DNA of 64,000 nt from Eledone cirrhosa (taxonomy: Eukaryota), in the NCBI GenBank assembly GCA_964016885.1, contig OZ024745.1, positions 71,362,001 to 71,426,000 of the forward strand, written 5' to 3'. Numbering within the stretch: position 1 is the stretch's first letter; each line of letters starts with the position of its first letter. This document shows positions 1 through 13,401 of the stretch, piece after piece. The position numbers were made by a program, and so were the translations under genes. Below the pieces are notes generated by a model, which searched no databases, was not told the DNA's origin, and saw only the letters and a program-made list of their open reading frames with translations.

Positions 1-115
1 ATTCAAGAATGTACCTGGATAAATTCTTGCCTGAAATCTCTATAAACATAGGTCTTCTAAATTTAAATGTCGGAATTCTCTCCCTTACCTTCCTGAACAA
101 AGTTTGTCAATAATG

Positions 116-321
116 ATTTCTGATTTGGGCACAAGGTCAATAATTTTGGAGGAGGGAAATGTCGATTAAATCAACCCCAGTGCATTTCAGATACTTTATT
201 TTATCGGCCCCGTAAGGATGAAAGGTAACGCTAACCTCGGCGGGATTTGAACTCAGAACGTAAAGAACCGGTAACTCTATGCTGCAAAGCATGGTGTCCG
301 ACGCTCTACCAATACTACCAA
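116..321 (-). mobile_element. tRNA-derived SINE (family A)
   Basis: Reverse complement has a B-box (GAGTTCAAATCCC), a body GCCTTTCATCCTTACGGGG..GATAAAATAAAGTA and a tail CCTTGTGCCCAAATCAGAAA. It matches the copies at 20646, 25586, 28849, 44398 and 50090. Confidence 0.85.
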
Positions 322-351
322 AATGATACTAATGACTTTACCTTCATTTGG

Positions 352-516
352 GAGGGTCGGATGCCATGTTTCCCCGCATAGTTACGTCCCTTTACGGTCT
401 GAGTTCAAATCTCGTCGAGGTTAACTTTGCCTTTAATCCTTACAGGGTTGATAAATTAAAGTACCAGTAATGTACTGGGTAATTGCTGGCCTTGCGCCAA
501 ATGTAGAAACAATTAC
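352..516 (+). mobile_element. SINE family A, 5'-truncated
   Basis: GAGTTCAAATCTCG B-box, GCCTTTAATCCTTACAGGGTTGATAAATT body and GCCTTGCGCCAAATGTAGAAACAATTA tail. Confidence 0.85.
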
Positions 517-829
517 TTTTGTCACACTACACATGGTATACATGGCATATTAGTTCGTACCTTTTCAAATGTATGACTATAGCTGGTCATTGCAAAACCC
601 ATAGTAATGGTATAAAGAAAGCAAAAGTATTTTATGCCCCACCAACCTTCGGATGGATTAAAATCAAAATTGCCCTTGGTGTAATTTGATCTCAGAACAT
701 AAAGAACCGAAATAAATACCACAATACATTTATCTGACGCTCTAATGATTCTGCCAATCGTCTGTTCTCATATTGATCAGATATTTTATAGTTCGATCTC
801 CATCGGTTCCGATATCAAGTGTTCCAGTG

Positions 830-1066
830 GTTTGATCAACAAAACAGCCAGTACGTGAAAATACATTGTAAGCAGCTGAACATTCCACAGACACGTGTAC
901 CCGTAATGCAGGTCTCAGGGGGATTCAGCGTGACACAGTGCATGGTAAGGTTTGTCCTTTGAATCACAGGTATAACTCATTCATTTCAGCAGCTTGGAAA
1001 CTAGGTGAAGTAAAGTGTCTTGCTCAAGGGCACAACGTGCCGAAGAGAGTCGAACACACGACCTTA
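830..1066 (-). mobile_element. Second tRNA-derived SINE family (family B)
   Basis: Reverse complement has a B-box-like GTTCGACTC followed by CCCTTGAGCAAGACACTTTAC. A similar copy lies at about 46290-46540 (-), with more diverged relatives at about 36570-36900, 43448-43660 and 63017-63150 (+). Confidence 0.6.
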
Positions 1067-1590
1067 CTAATGTGTATATATACACACACATACTCACATA
1101 CACACACACACACACATACAAACATACACACAAATACAAGCACACACAAACACAAACACTGAGAGAGAGAAAGAGAGAGAGAGAGAGAAATATGTGTGTA
1201 TTATATGTATGAATGTGAATGAGTGTGAGTGAGGGAGACAGACAAACATAGAGGGAGTGAGAGATGTTTGTATGTGTTTATGTGTGTGTGTGTTTTTGTA
1301 TGTGTGTGTTTTTGTGTGTGTGTGGGGGGGGAGACAGAATGTAGAGAAAGAAGGAAAGATGAAAGCTTGTAGTGATATATCATAGGTGTGTGGTTATGCG
1401 TTAATGTGTGTGTGAATGATATATCATAGGTGTGTGGATATGTGTGTGTGTGTATGTGTGTGAATGTTTGTGTGAATGCGTGAATATGCGTGCGCGCGTG
1501 TGTGCGTATGTGTGCGTGTATGTGTGTCTGTGTGTGCGTCAATGAATGCGCATATTATTGCGTGTATCGGAGTATATTTGTCTGTGTAAG

Positions 1591-2220
<630 letters not shown>

Positions 2221-2223
2221 CTA

Positions 2224-2292
<69 letters not shown>

Positions 2293-2338
2293 GAAAGATT
2301 AAAGAGTGGAAAATGTAAAAAGAATAAGATTAATGAAC

Positions 2339-2381
<43 letters not shown>

Positions 2382-2514
2382 ATATGTAAGTGTGTGTGTG
2401 TTCGCGCGTACATGTAAGTGTGTGTGCGTGAGAGAGTGTGATTTTTCTGTGTGTGTATATGCGATATTGTATGTAAAAGTGTGAGTATGTATGTGTTGCG
2501 TTAGTATGCTTGCG

Positions 2515-2606
<92 letters not shown>

Positions 2607-2615
2607 TGTGTGTGT

Positions 2616-2677
<62 letters not shown>

Positions 2678-2799
2678 TTGTTTTAGTGTCTACAGGTGTC
2701 TGCTTGTGAGTGTTTGTATGTATGGGTGTTTGTGAAAAAGCGAGAGACAGAATGATAGAGAGAGAGACAGAGAGGAAGGCGGGAAGAGAGAGAGAGAGA

Positions 2800-3115
2800 G
2801 AGAAGACGATATATATATGTGTATATATTAATATATATATATATACACAGAGAACAAGGCAGACACTCAGACAGACAGACACGCATACACAAACATACAC
2901 ACACACACACACACACACATATAATGTGTGTGTGTGTGTGTGTACAAATATATAAATATATTTATATATATATATATTTGTACAAACACACACATACACA
3001 TTATATGTGTATGTGTGTGTTTGTGTGTATGTTTGTGTATGCGTGTCTGTCTGTCTGAGTGTCTGCCTTGTTCTCTGTGTATATATATATACACATATAT
3101 ATATCGCCTTCTTTA

Positions 3116-3168
<53 letters not shown>

Positions 3169-3257
3169 AAGGCGATATATATATGTGTGTGTATATATTA
3201 ATATAAATATATACACAGAGAAGGAGGCAGACACTCAGACAGGGAGACACGCATACA

Positions 3258-3265
<8 letters not shown>
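2800..3265. repeat. Palindrome plus third direct copy (forward-inverted-forward)
   Basis: CACAGAGAACAAGGCAGACACTCAGACAGACAGACACGCATAC at about 2845-2890, its reverse complement at about 3035-3080, and a third diverged forward copy at about 3213-3260. Confidence 0.85.
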
Positions 3266-3312
<47 letters not shown>

Positions 3313-3459
3313 ACACATATATATATACTGAGAGGAGTGGGAGACGGGAGGTGACAGTCAGATCAGATCAGATATATAAAGATGTAGATAGAGAGCAGTA
3401 GGAGAGAGGAAAGAGAGTGGGAAAGACGGAGATAAAGTGAAAGAGGGAGTGAATGAGAA

Positions 3460-3515
<56 letters not shown>

Positions 3516-4085
3516 TGTGTGAGTGAGAGAGAAAGCAGGTTGCTATTAGTGTAAAAAAAAAAAATTCAATGGGTTTTCAGAGAGGAGAGAAGAACAAAGA
3601 GAGAATGTATGATTTATAGCTATGTGAAGTACACTATCGATTCTCTTCAACAGTTCATCTTACAAACTATATTTAGCTGTCCTAAAAACAACTTCAATTC
3701 TCTTCAACTCAGTTTCCTTAAATTTATCTGCTGCAATTTCCATTTATTTTTCTGAGTTAATCACAAACCATTTTTTATATATATATTTAAATTGCATTAT
3801 GCCACATATCAGGTTGTACCACTAGTGCAATTTTGTTTTTCCAGGTGAGGAGAGGCTGAAAAGAATAGAACGGCCTGTCAGTGTTGGCTGGTCTTGCTAT
3901 TGTTGTTGTTGTTGCTGCTGTTGTTGTATTTTTATATAATGCCTTATAAAAAATAATATTTTTTTTATTGTAAATTTTCCTTATCTGTTTATTACTGTTT
4001 TTATTTGTTTTTGCTTTTGCTTTTGTTTTACTTTCACTTTTAGTCCCGAACTGAAATATAGGTAGAATATGTTTTTTAGTTAATG

Positions 4086-4219
<134 letters not shown>

Positions 4220-4322
4220 CGCGTGTGTGTGTGTGTGTGTTTATGTTTGTGTGTGTTTGTGTGTTTGTGTGTGTGTAATATATATGTATATATATAATAT
4301 ATAATATATATGTATAATATAT

Positions 4323-4356
<34 letters not shown>

Positions 4357-4426
4357 CAGAGAGAGAGAGAGAGAGAGGTAGAACACTGGAAGGTGGTAGA
4401 GCACTCAGTCCATGGGACGAGTTAGG

Positions 4427-4497
4427 TAGAAGTGGTTACACAACAGTTAGTTCACCATACCGGTATGGTGAACTAACTGGTTGTGTTACCACTTCTA
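4427..4497. repeat. 71-bp near-perfect palindrome in a microsatellite-flanked island
   Basis: TAGAAGTGGTTACACAACAGTTAGTTCACCATACCGGTATGGTGAACTAACTGGTTGTGTTACCACTTCTA. Confidence 0.9.
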
Positions 4498-4501
4498 TAT
4501 A

Positions 4502-4559
<58 letters not shown>

Positions 4560-4582
4560 TATATATATATATATATATATAA

Positions 4583-4658
<76 letters not shown>

Positions 4659-4791
4659 GTGAGGTTTTTTTTAGAAAATGAAAAGTAACCGAGGTGTCCT
4701 ACACGAGTGAAAGTATAAAGAAAAAGAGATGAAATCGAAAATGCAACTGGAGTCTTATTTTTTTTTTTTTAATATATATATTTATTTGGTT

Positions 4792-4829
4792 CCTTTACCG
4801 GTTTCGCAGTTCTTCTGCTTTTCAAAAGG
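4792..4829 (-). ncRNA. Minimal type I hammerhead ribozyme (U3-A8 core)
   Basis: Exact reverse complement of the motif at 4980-5017. Confidence 0.75.
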
Positions 4830-4861
4830 TGAGTTGAGATGGAGGGTCTGTGGTTTTTCTC

Positions 4862-4950
<89 letters not shown>

Positions 4951-4979
4951 AAAAACCACAGACCCTCCATCTCAACTCA

Positions 4980-5017
4980 CCTTTTGAAAAGCAGAAGAAC
5001 TGCGAAACCGGTAAAGG
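4980..5017 (+). ncRNA. Minimal type I hammerhead ribozyme (U3-A8 core)
   Basis: CCTT-TTGAAAA-GCAG aagaa CTGC-GAAA-CCGG-TA|AAGG. Stem I is CCTT/AAGG, stem II GCAG/CTGC, stem III the palindrome ACCGGT, cleavage triplet GUA, and AATAAA follows. Confidence 0.75.
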
Positions 5018-5122
5018 AACCAAATAAATATATATATATATTTTTTTTTAAATAAGACTCCAGTTGCATTTTCGATTTCATCTCTTTTTCTTTATATATA
5101 TATATATATAATATAGGTATAT

Positions 5123-5167
<45 letters not shown>

Positions 5168-5869
5168 GGATACTATTTATGGTTATGTATATATTAAGAC
5201 TTTTTATAGTTATGTATATTTTAAACCCTAAACAGTGAAGGTCAGTAATTTATTACTACCTTATTACCAGTAAGATAAGTAGCTCAATGTAATAACATCA
5301 GTTGATCTACAGGGCAGTTACATAGAATTCACAAGAATCAAAGCTATGTTCAAAGCAATTCACTTACAATTGTTTCATCCAAACCTAGGCTTGAAGTCTT
5401 CGGACCATTTTTCAATGTTTGTACACATAATTGACCTCCTTTCCAAACCAAGAGACATACAGACACATATATATATATTGATGTACAGTGGAGCGACATA
5501 TATTATACTATACTATTTTTGTACAGCAATTCAATTTCAAAATCAAAATCAAAATCAAAATTATAATAAAAATCAAAATTAAAATACATTCAGCAGATAA
5601 CACAGATAATGCAAGAGGATAGTTTGATAGTCAGATCTAGTAGGTAGTGTATGCGTTAGTTACACATGGAGCATGCAAGTGTGTCTCATTTTTATACGAT
5701 TATTGTGTGGTAGGGTGTTACATGTAATGCAAGCACTTTAAGCGGGTAAGCAAGATTATTATGGTGGTTGTAGTGGTAAGGTATTTTTTGTATAGAACAA
5801 AAAAGTATGTGTGCAGAAAAATAAAAATAAAAATAAAAATAAAAATAAAAATAAAAAGAAAAATAAAAA

Positions 5870-7698
5870 TTGGCATTATAAGTAAGAAAATTTTAGATAA
5901 AATCATCCCACAGATTAAACACAAAATATGCCTTAAACAATGGGGAAATACGGGTGAAGTTATTGAATGGTTTAAGGATATCAAGGAAAACAAAAATAAA
6001 AAATTCATTCAATTTGATATCAATTCATACTACACCTCTATTTCCCCTATCCTATTAAATAAGGCACTAATTATGGCCATGAACAATAGTGACCTAACTA
6101 GACCCCAGATTGATGTCATACCTGCGGCCCGTAAAACCGTAATCACTTTTGAAGACCAGTTATGGACCCGCAAGGATACGCATAACAACTTCGACATAAC
6201 CATGGGATCTAGTGACTCGGCGCAGGTCACTGATTTGGTGGGCCTATACTTACTAAACGAAATCCATAAGGACCTTCCATACCTCAATGGTGGTTTGTAC
6301 CGCGATGATGCACTTCTCCTTATAGACTATAAAAAATTTAATATAGAAAGAAGTAGAAAACTATTGCACAAGACTTTCAAAAACTATAACCTAAGTATCA
6401 CCATAGATAAAAACACTAAAAACGTTAACTTCCTAGATGCCACCCTTTACTTAGACTCTAAGATATATACACCATTCCATAAACCTAACGATGAATTGAT
6501 TTACGTAGATACCAAGTCTAACCACCCTAGATCAATATTAAACTCTATCTCTAAAGGAATATCCAATAGAATCTCTAATCTATCTTATGACGAAACCATA
6601 TTTAGCAAAAACTCACAATACTATAATCAGGCATTAGCTAGATCAGGCCATAATAATGAGATCGAGTTCCTACCTATAAAAACACATAGTTACAAAATTA
6701 TTTCGCACAATATGTCCATGAGGAAAAATAGTAATAAGAATAATAACCACACACACACACTAGTACGATGGGTGGCAACAAACGTAATCCACACCAGGGA
6801 GGACACCAAAATACCATAAACTGAAGCATCTCACCAGACATAAAAAACAAAAATAGAAGAAGAAATAATACATTTTTAACCCCCCTTTCAATCTAAACGT
6901 CTCTACCAACCTACCTAAGGCTTTCTTCTCACTCCTAGATAAAAACTTCCCATCTGGCCACAAGTACCATAGTCTTATAAATAAAAACACCATTAAAATC
7001 TCCTACTCTACCACGCCTAACATAGCATACCACATAGCTAGTAGTAATAAAAGAAAAATTAATACTTACTTCCAACAAACTAAAACACAACAGGGGTAAA
7101 CCTTCAAAACAACGTAATATCTGCAAACCCTGATATCAATAGTAATAATAGTAATAGCACTAGTGAAAGCAATAACGCTGGGAGCGACAACCCCCATAGC
7201 CATAATGCAATACCTAGCAACCAGACTTCTACACAACATAATAACCGGCAGGTTAACATCCAAAATAATTGTAACTGTAGATCTAATAGAACCTGCCCTT
7301 TAGATAAAAACTGCTTAATCAAGGACATCATATACTCATGCACCGTTAGAACTAGCAACTCTTCTGAAACCTATATAGGCACTACTTTGAACTGCTTCAA
7401 AACCAGATACAATTCACACCTCCATTCTTTCAAAAAACACAGTCTAGCCAACTCCACTTCACTATATAACTACATACACTATCTAAAAACTAGAAATAGA
7501 TCTTCTACACTTCAATGGGAAGTGATAGGTAAGGCAGCATCGTACAAACCACCTAATAAATTATGTAACCTCTGTCTACTAGAGACCCATACTATAATCT
7601 TCTCAAACCATAACCTCCTTAATAAAAAATCGGAAGTGTTTGCGTCGTGCTAGCCCCGCTTCCGGCACTCCTTCCAAAACTTTAAACCCAATATATAA
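5870..7698 (+). pseudogene. PLE RT plus GIY-YIG endonuclease, disrupted
   Basis: FIQFDINSYY, MGSSDSAQVTDLVG, GGLYRDDALL, VNFLDATL, KPND..YV..KSNHP. After stops and frameshifts come CNCRSNRTCPLDKNCL, IIY..YIG, CNLCLLE and LNKKSE. Clearly homologous to 13775-15460. Confidence 0.9.
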
Positions 7699-9157
7699 CA
7701 ATGTCGGACTTGAACCCATCACCACTTCTAACACCACACCTCAAGGGCACACCTTACACCACAACTCCACACTCTCTGATCCACCCTATCTCGACACAAA
7801 TCATTCCATCTATCTATAACTTTATACCCTAGAAATATCCCCATAAACACCTACTTTTAATATAGTTACTTTCAATTACTTATAATTATATAGTGATACA
7901 ATACAGTCTATATAAACTTCAAATACTAGATACGGCAATGAATTGTATATGCAATTGTAATTAAATGTATGGAGTGATATATATAAGATTAATTTATTAA
8001 CATAAGAGATCTGTCTAATTTATATGTAGGGTGCTGCAATGAATTATGTATGAATTATATATGAATTATATATGCAAGTATAACTTGATGGATAGATTAA
8101 TGACATTGTAAATGAGGGATGTATTTGTCTGCCCTAGAGATGTATTTTGATTTTCCATGCAAACAGCCATACGCTGCTCCATGACTTGCCAGGGGTTATG
8201 TAGACAAAATTCTAATAGGTCCCCTGATATGTTCTGAGAGTAGACTGCATTTACGGTGAACTTTGATATAAAGGTATGGCACTTTGTATGGAATATTCAA
8301 TTGTAGCACTATATAATAGGGAGTAATCAACTTAATATAGATACCTTTAGTACATCATGATAGAGTAGACTGTATTTAACATTGGAAACTAGATATAAAT
8401 ATATAACAGTCTATATAAGGGACTCAATTGAGGCGCCTTATAATGTATGTTAGAACAATGAATTTAGTTATGAGAATCAGCTAGTTACCTCCCCTTACGC
8501 ATTAACTCCCCTTAATTACACACATACTTCCGGGTAATAAACCACTGTAAATTCTCGCGGCAGAATCAACCTATTCTATAAATTTGGATTAAATAACACT
8601 GAGCCTCAATACGCTAAAATAATTTAATTTAATGCATCAAACATTCAATACGGAATCATCGTTACTTATGTGATGGATGAAAACACAATGTCTTACTGAT
8701 CCTGAATGTGAAAATGGTGGTGAATACGAAAACTATAACTTTCTTTTGCTTCTTCTTTTTATTTTTATTTTTCTGCACACATACTTTTTTGTTCTATACA
8801 AAAAATACCTTACCACTACAACCTCCATAATAATCTTGCTTACCCGCTTAAAGTGCTTGCATTACATGTAACACACTGCCACACAATAATCGTATAAAAA
8901 TGAGACACACTTGCATGCTCCATGTGTAACTAACGCATACACTACCTACTAGATCTGACTATCAAACTATCCTCTTGCATTATCTGTGTTATCTGCTGAA
9001 TGTATTTGAATTTTGATTTTGAATTTGAATTGCTGTACAAAAATAGTATAGTATAATATATGTCACTCCACTGTACATCAATATATATATATATGTATCT
9101 GTATGTCTCTTGGGTTGGAAAGGAGGTCAATTATGTGTACAAACACTGAAAAATGGT

Positions 9158-9200
9158 CCGAAGACTTCAAGCCTAGGTTTGGATGAAACAATTGTAAGTG
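9158..9200 (+). ncRNA. Degenerate HHR-like motif in pLTR
   Basis: CCGAAGA-cTTCAAGCC ta GGTTTGGA t-GAAA-CAATTG-TA. Stem III is palindromic and AATAAA follows, but the core has U4C and there is no convincing stem I. A mirror copy lies at about 5360-5403. Confidence 0.4.
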
Positions 9201-9229
9201 AATAAATGTTTGAACATAGCTTTGATTCT

Positions 9230-10834
<1,605 letters not shown>

Positions 10835-11001
10835 CAATATATTTAGAAACACACAGATACATGCGGACACACACATATACATGAATGCATCCGCACCAAC
10901 CGTGAGTTAAGGGTGCCAACTTCACCGATGTTGCTCAATGAATAACTGGGACAGACCAATCCGGTTGAACTAGACTGAACCAGTATCAAAGTTAAAAATA
11001 C

Positions 11002-11253
11002 ATTATGAAGAGAGAAGAAACATTTAGATATAATTAGTAATAAAATGTATCATACCTAAACTGCTCCTAGATTCCTCGACTACGTAGTTTCGTGGCATAA
11101 ACAAAAACAATACATCATAAAGATATAGAGTCCTTGCGAGGTCTGCCGACTTATCAAGAGGATACCTCATTTTACTAGTCTCAAGAACGCGTCTACACGT
11201 TTAGGTATGATACATTTTATTACTAATTATATCTAAATGTTTCTTCTCTCTTC

Positions 11254-11258
<5 letters not shown>
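11002..11258. mobile_element. pLTR fragment with 60-bp inverted ends
   Basis: 11002-11061 is the reverse complement of 11199-11258, and the spacer carries an HHR. Confidence 0.75.
11073..11162 (-). ncRNA. Type I hammerhead ribozyme (U3-A8 core, long loop II)
   Basis: Minus strand: TCCTC-TTGATAA-GTcGGCA...TGCCAC-GAAA-CTACGTAG-TC|GAGGA. Perfect stem I, palindrome ACTACGTAGT, GUC triplet. Confidence 0.8.
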
Positions 11259-11315
<57 letters not shown>

Positions 11316-11337
11316 TATATATATATAAGTATATATA

Positions 11338-11409
<72 letters not shown>

Positions 11410-11579
11410 TATATATATATATATTGTTATACTTTGGGAGGGTCACGTTGCCAATAAGAAACACACGCACCAGTTGCTTTCACTTCAATTTAATTTATTA
11501 TATATTTATAAATTTACAAATTTATAAATTTCTGGTTGGTTGGTTGGTTCCACAACCAGATAGTTGTTTATATATATAT

Positions 11580-11624
11580 AGTCATAGTTCTTTCGTCACA
11601 CACTCTGTGACCTCTTCAGTGACT
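11580..11624 (-). ncRNA. Type I hammerhead ribozyme
   Basis: Minus strand: AGTCA-CTGAAGA-gGTCACA gagtg TGTGAC-GAAA-GAAC-TA|TGACT. Same family as the motifs at 27444 and 56746. Confidence 0.8.
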
Positions 11625-11709
11625 GGGGATTTCTTTCTTCGTTTCTGTGCCTTTCCTTTCTTCTATCCTACGCCATTTTGTTTGTGTGTGGGTTCACATA
11701 CTAATTCAA

Positions 11710-11764
11710 ACTGCCTGAAGAGGTCACAGCCAAAGATGGCTGTCACTGAAATATATATAGCAGT
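11710..11764 (+). ncRNA. Type I hammerhead ribozyme
   Basis: ACTGC-CTGAAGA-GGTcACAGCC aaagat GGCTGTcACT-GAAA-TATATA-TA|GCAGT, immediately followed by AATAAA. Confidence 0.85.
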
Positions 11765-11878
11765 AATAAACGAAGCTAAATTTTAATCATTTGACTTTTA
11801 TTTAACTTTATTTTAAGTATATATCTATATATATAAGTATATATATAAGTATATATCTATATATATATATATATATAA

Positions 11879-11913
<35 letters not shown>

Positions 11914-11932
11914 TATATATATATATATATAA

Positions 11933-11997
<65 letters not shown>

Positions 11998-12018
11998 TAT
12001 ATATATATATATATATAA

Positions 12019-12069
<51 letters not shown>

Positions 12070-12224
12070 TATATGAAAAAAGTTTTCATTTTATTACAAC
12101 CCATCGTTTTCGGTGCGCCTGACCGATTTAACTCACTCGATATGCAAATTAGGCTGCTCAGCCGTTAATTTTCATAAGGAAAGTATATACTTTCGAACGT
12201 TCAACTATCTGGCAGATGGGTATA

Positions 12225-12265
12225 CGGTGCTGATGATAGCTAACAAGCTTGAAACTAGTACATCG
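12225..12265 (+). ncRNA. Minimal type I hammerhead ribozyme
   Basis: CGGTG-CTGATGA-tAGCT aaca AGCTt-GAAA-CTAG-TA|CATCG, with palindrome ACTAGT. Confidence 0.8.
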
Positions 12266-12423
12266 TTCCTGTGTCAGTGTTGAACAAAAAGGTGACGTGG
12301 TTGCCTTAACACCGTGCGGCATAAATTCAGGCTGTTCAGTTTGTTTACAAACGAACAAAGCGGGCGCTATAATAAGCGTCCTCTAAACTGATGCGTACAT
12401 ATATGTATGTGTACCTGTATGTA

Positions 12424-12463
<40 letters not shown>

Positions 12464-12511
12464 TGCTACTGTACGTCTGTATACATATATGTATGTACGT
12501 ATACATACATA

Positions 12512-12565
<54 letters not shown>

Positions 12566-12599
12566 TATATATATATATGTATATATATATATATACAAG

Positions 12600-12631
<32 letters not shown>

Positions 12632-12677
12632 AGTATATATATATATAAAAGAATAGAGGTGTAACACACGAGTTATG

Positions 12678-13035
12678 ATATATTGGTAAAAGGAAAAGAA
12701 AATGCTGACAAATTGTTCCCAGTGAAAAATAGTTTAATTAGGAATAAGTAAAAATTAGTAATAGTATTGGTTAGTATTCAGTTTTGGTTGTAAGTTTTAC
12801 CGGTTGCGCATTTCTAATGCTTTTCAAAAATAATTTTGAGATAGAGCGCCCGTGATAGAGCAAACATCACGGGCGCTCTATCTCAAAATTATTTTTGAAA
12901 AGCTTTAGAAATGCGCAACCGGTAAAACTTAAAACCAAAACTGAATACTAACCAATACTATTACTAATGTTTACTTATTCCTAATTAAACTATTTTTCAC
13001 TGGGAACAATTTGTCAGCATTTTCTTTTCCTGTTA

Positions 13036-13044
<9 letters not shown>
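12678..13044. mobile_element. Fold-back (palindromic) pLTR with HHR-like motif in each arm
   Basis: Arms 12678-12856 and 12866-13044 with a 9-nt spacer. The motif TTT-TTGAAAA-GC(A/T)T tagaa ATGC-GCAA-CCGG-TA|AAA has GCAA instead of GAAA in both arms. Confidence 0.8.
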
Positions 13045-13092
<48 letters not shown>

Positions 13093-13112
13093 TTATTAAA
13101 ATAACAGATTAA

Positions 13113-13163
13113 AGTTTAAGTAAAGAATCGCTGCTTTCACCCTTAACGGGATCTTCTGAAACT
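13113..13163 (-). ncRNA. HHR variant (U4A) in inverted pLTR
   Basis: Mirror of 16389-16439, with one extra mismatch in stem III. Confidence 0.55.
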
Positions 13164-13401
13164 GACAAAGTCAATCTGTAAACGCAGAACTGGATATTTC
13201 AAAAAACGTTGCAACCGGAGGAAGACAGGAAGACGATACTTTGGTTCGTGGAAACGTTCGCTGGCAAAGAACGGGTAAAAACGAATAATACGTCATTAAT
13301 AGGAGCGGTGAAAAACAATTACGCGCAAAGACAGAACCACGTTTAGGTATAAAAGAGGTCGTAGACTAATGTTCTCTTAGGTGGTGCATAGAGACGTTCT
13401 C

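Larger units (their letters stand above)
4714..5096. mobile_element. Head-to-head inverted pair of PLE pseudo-LTR 3' ends around (CT)n
   Basis: Arms 4714-4862 and 4947-5096 are reverse complements. The same sequence ends the Neptune-like PLE at about 31490-31626. Confidence 0.85.
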
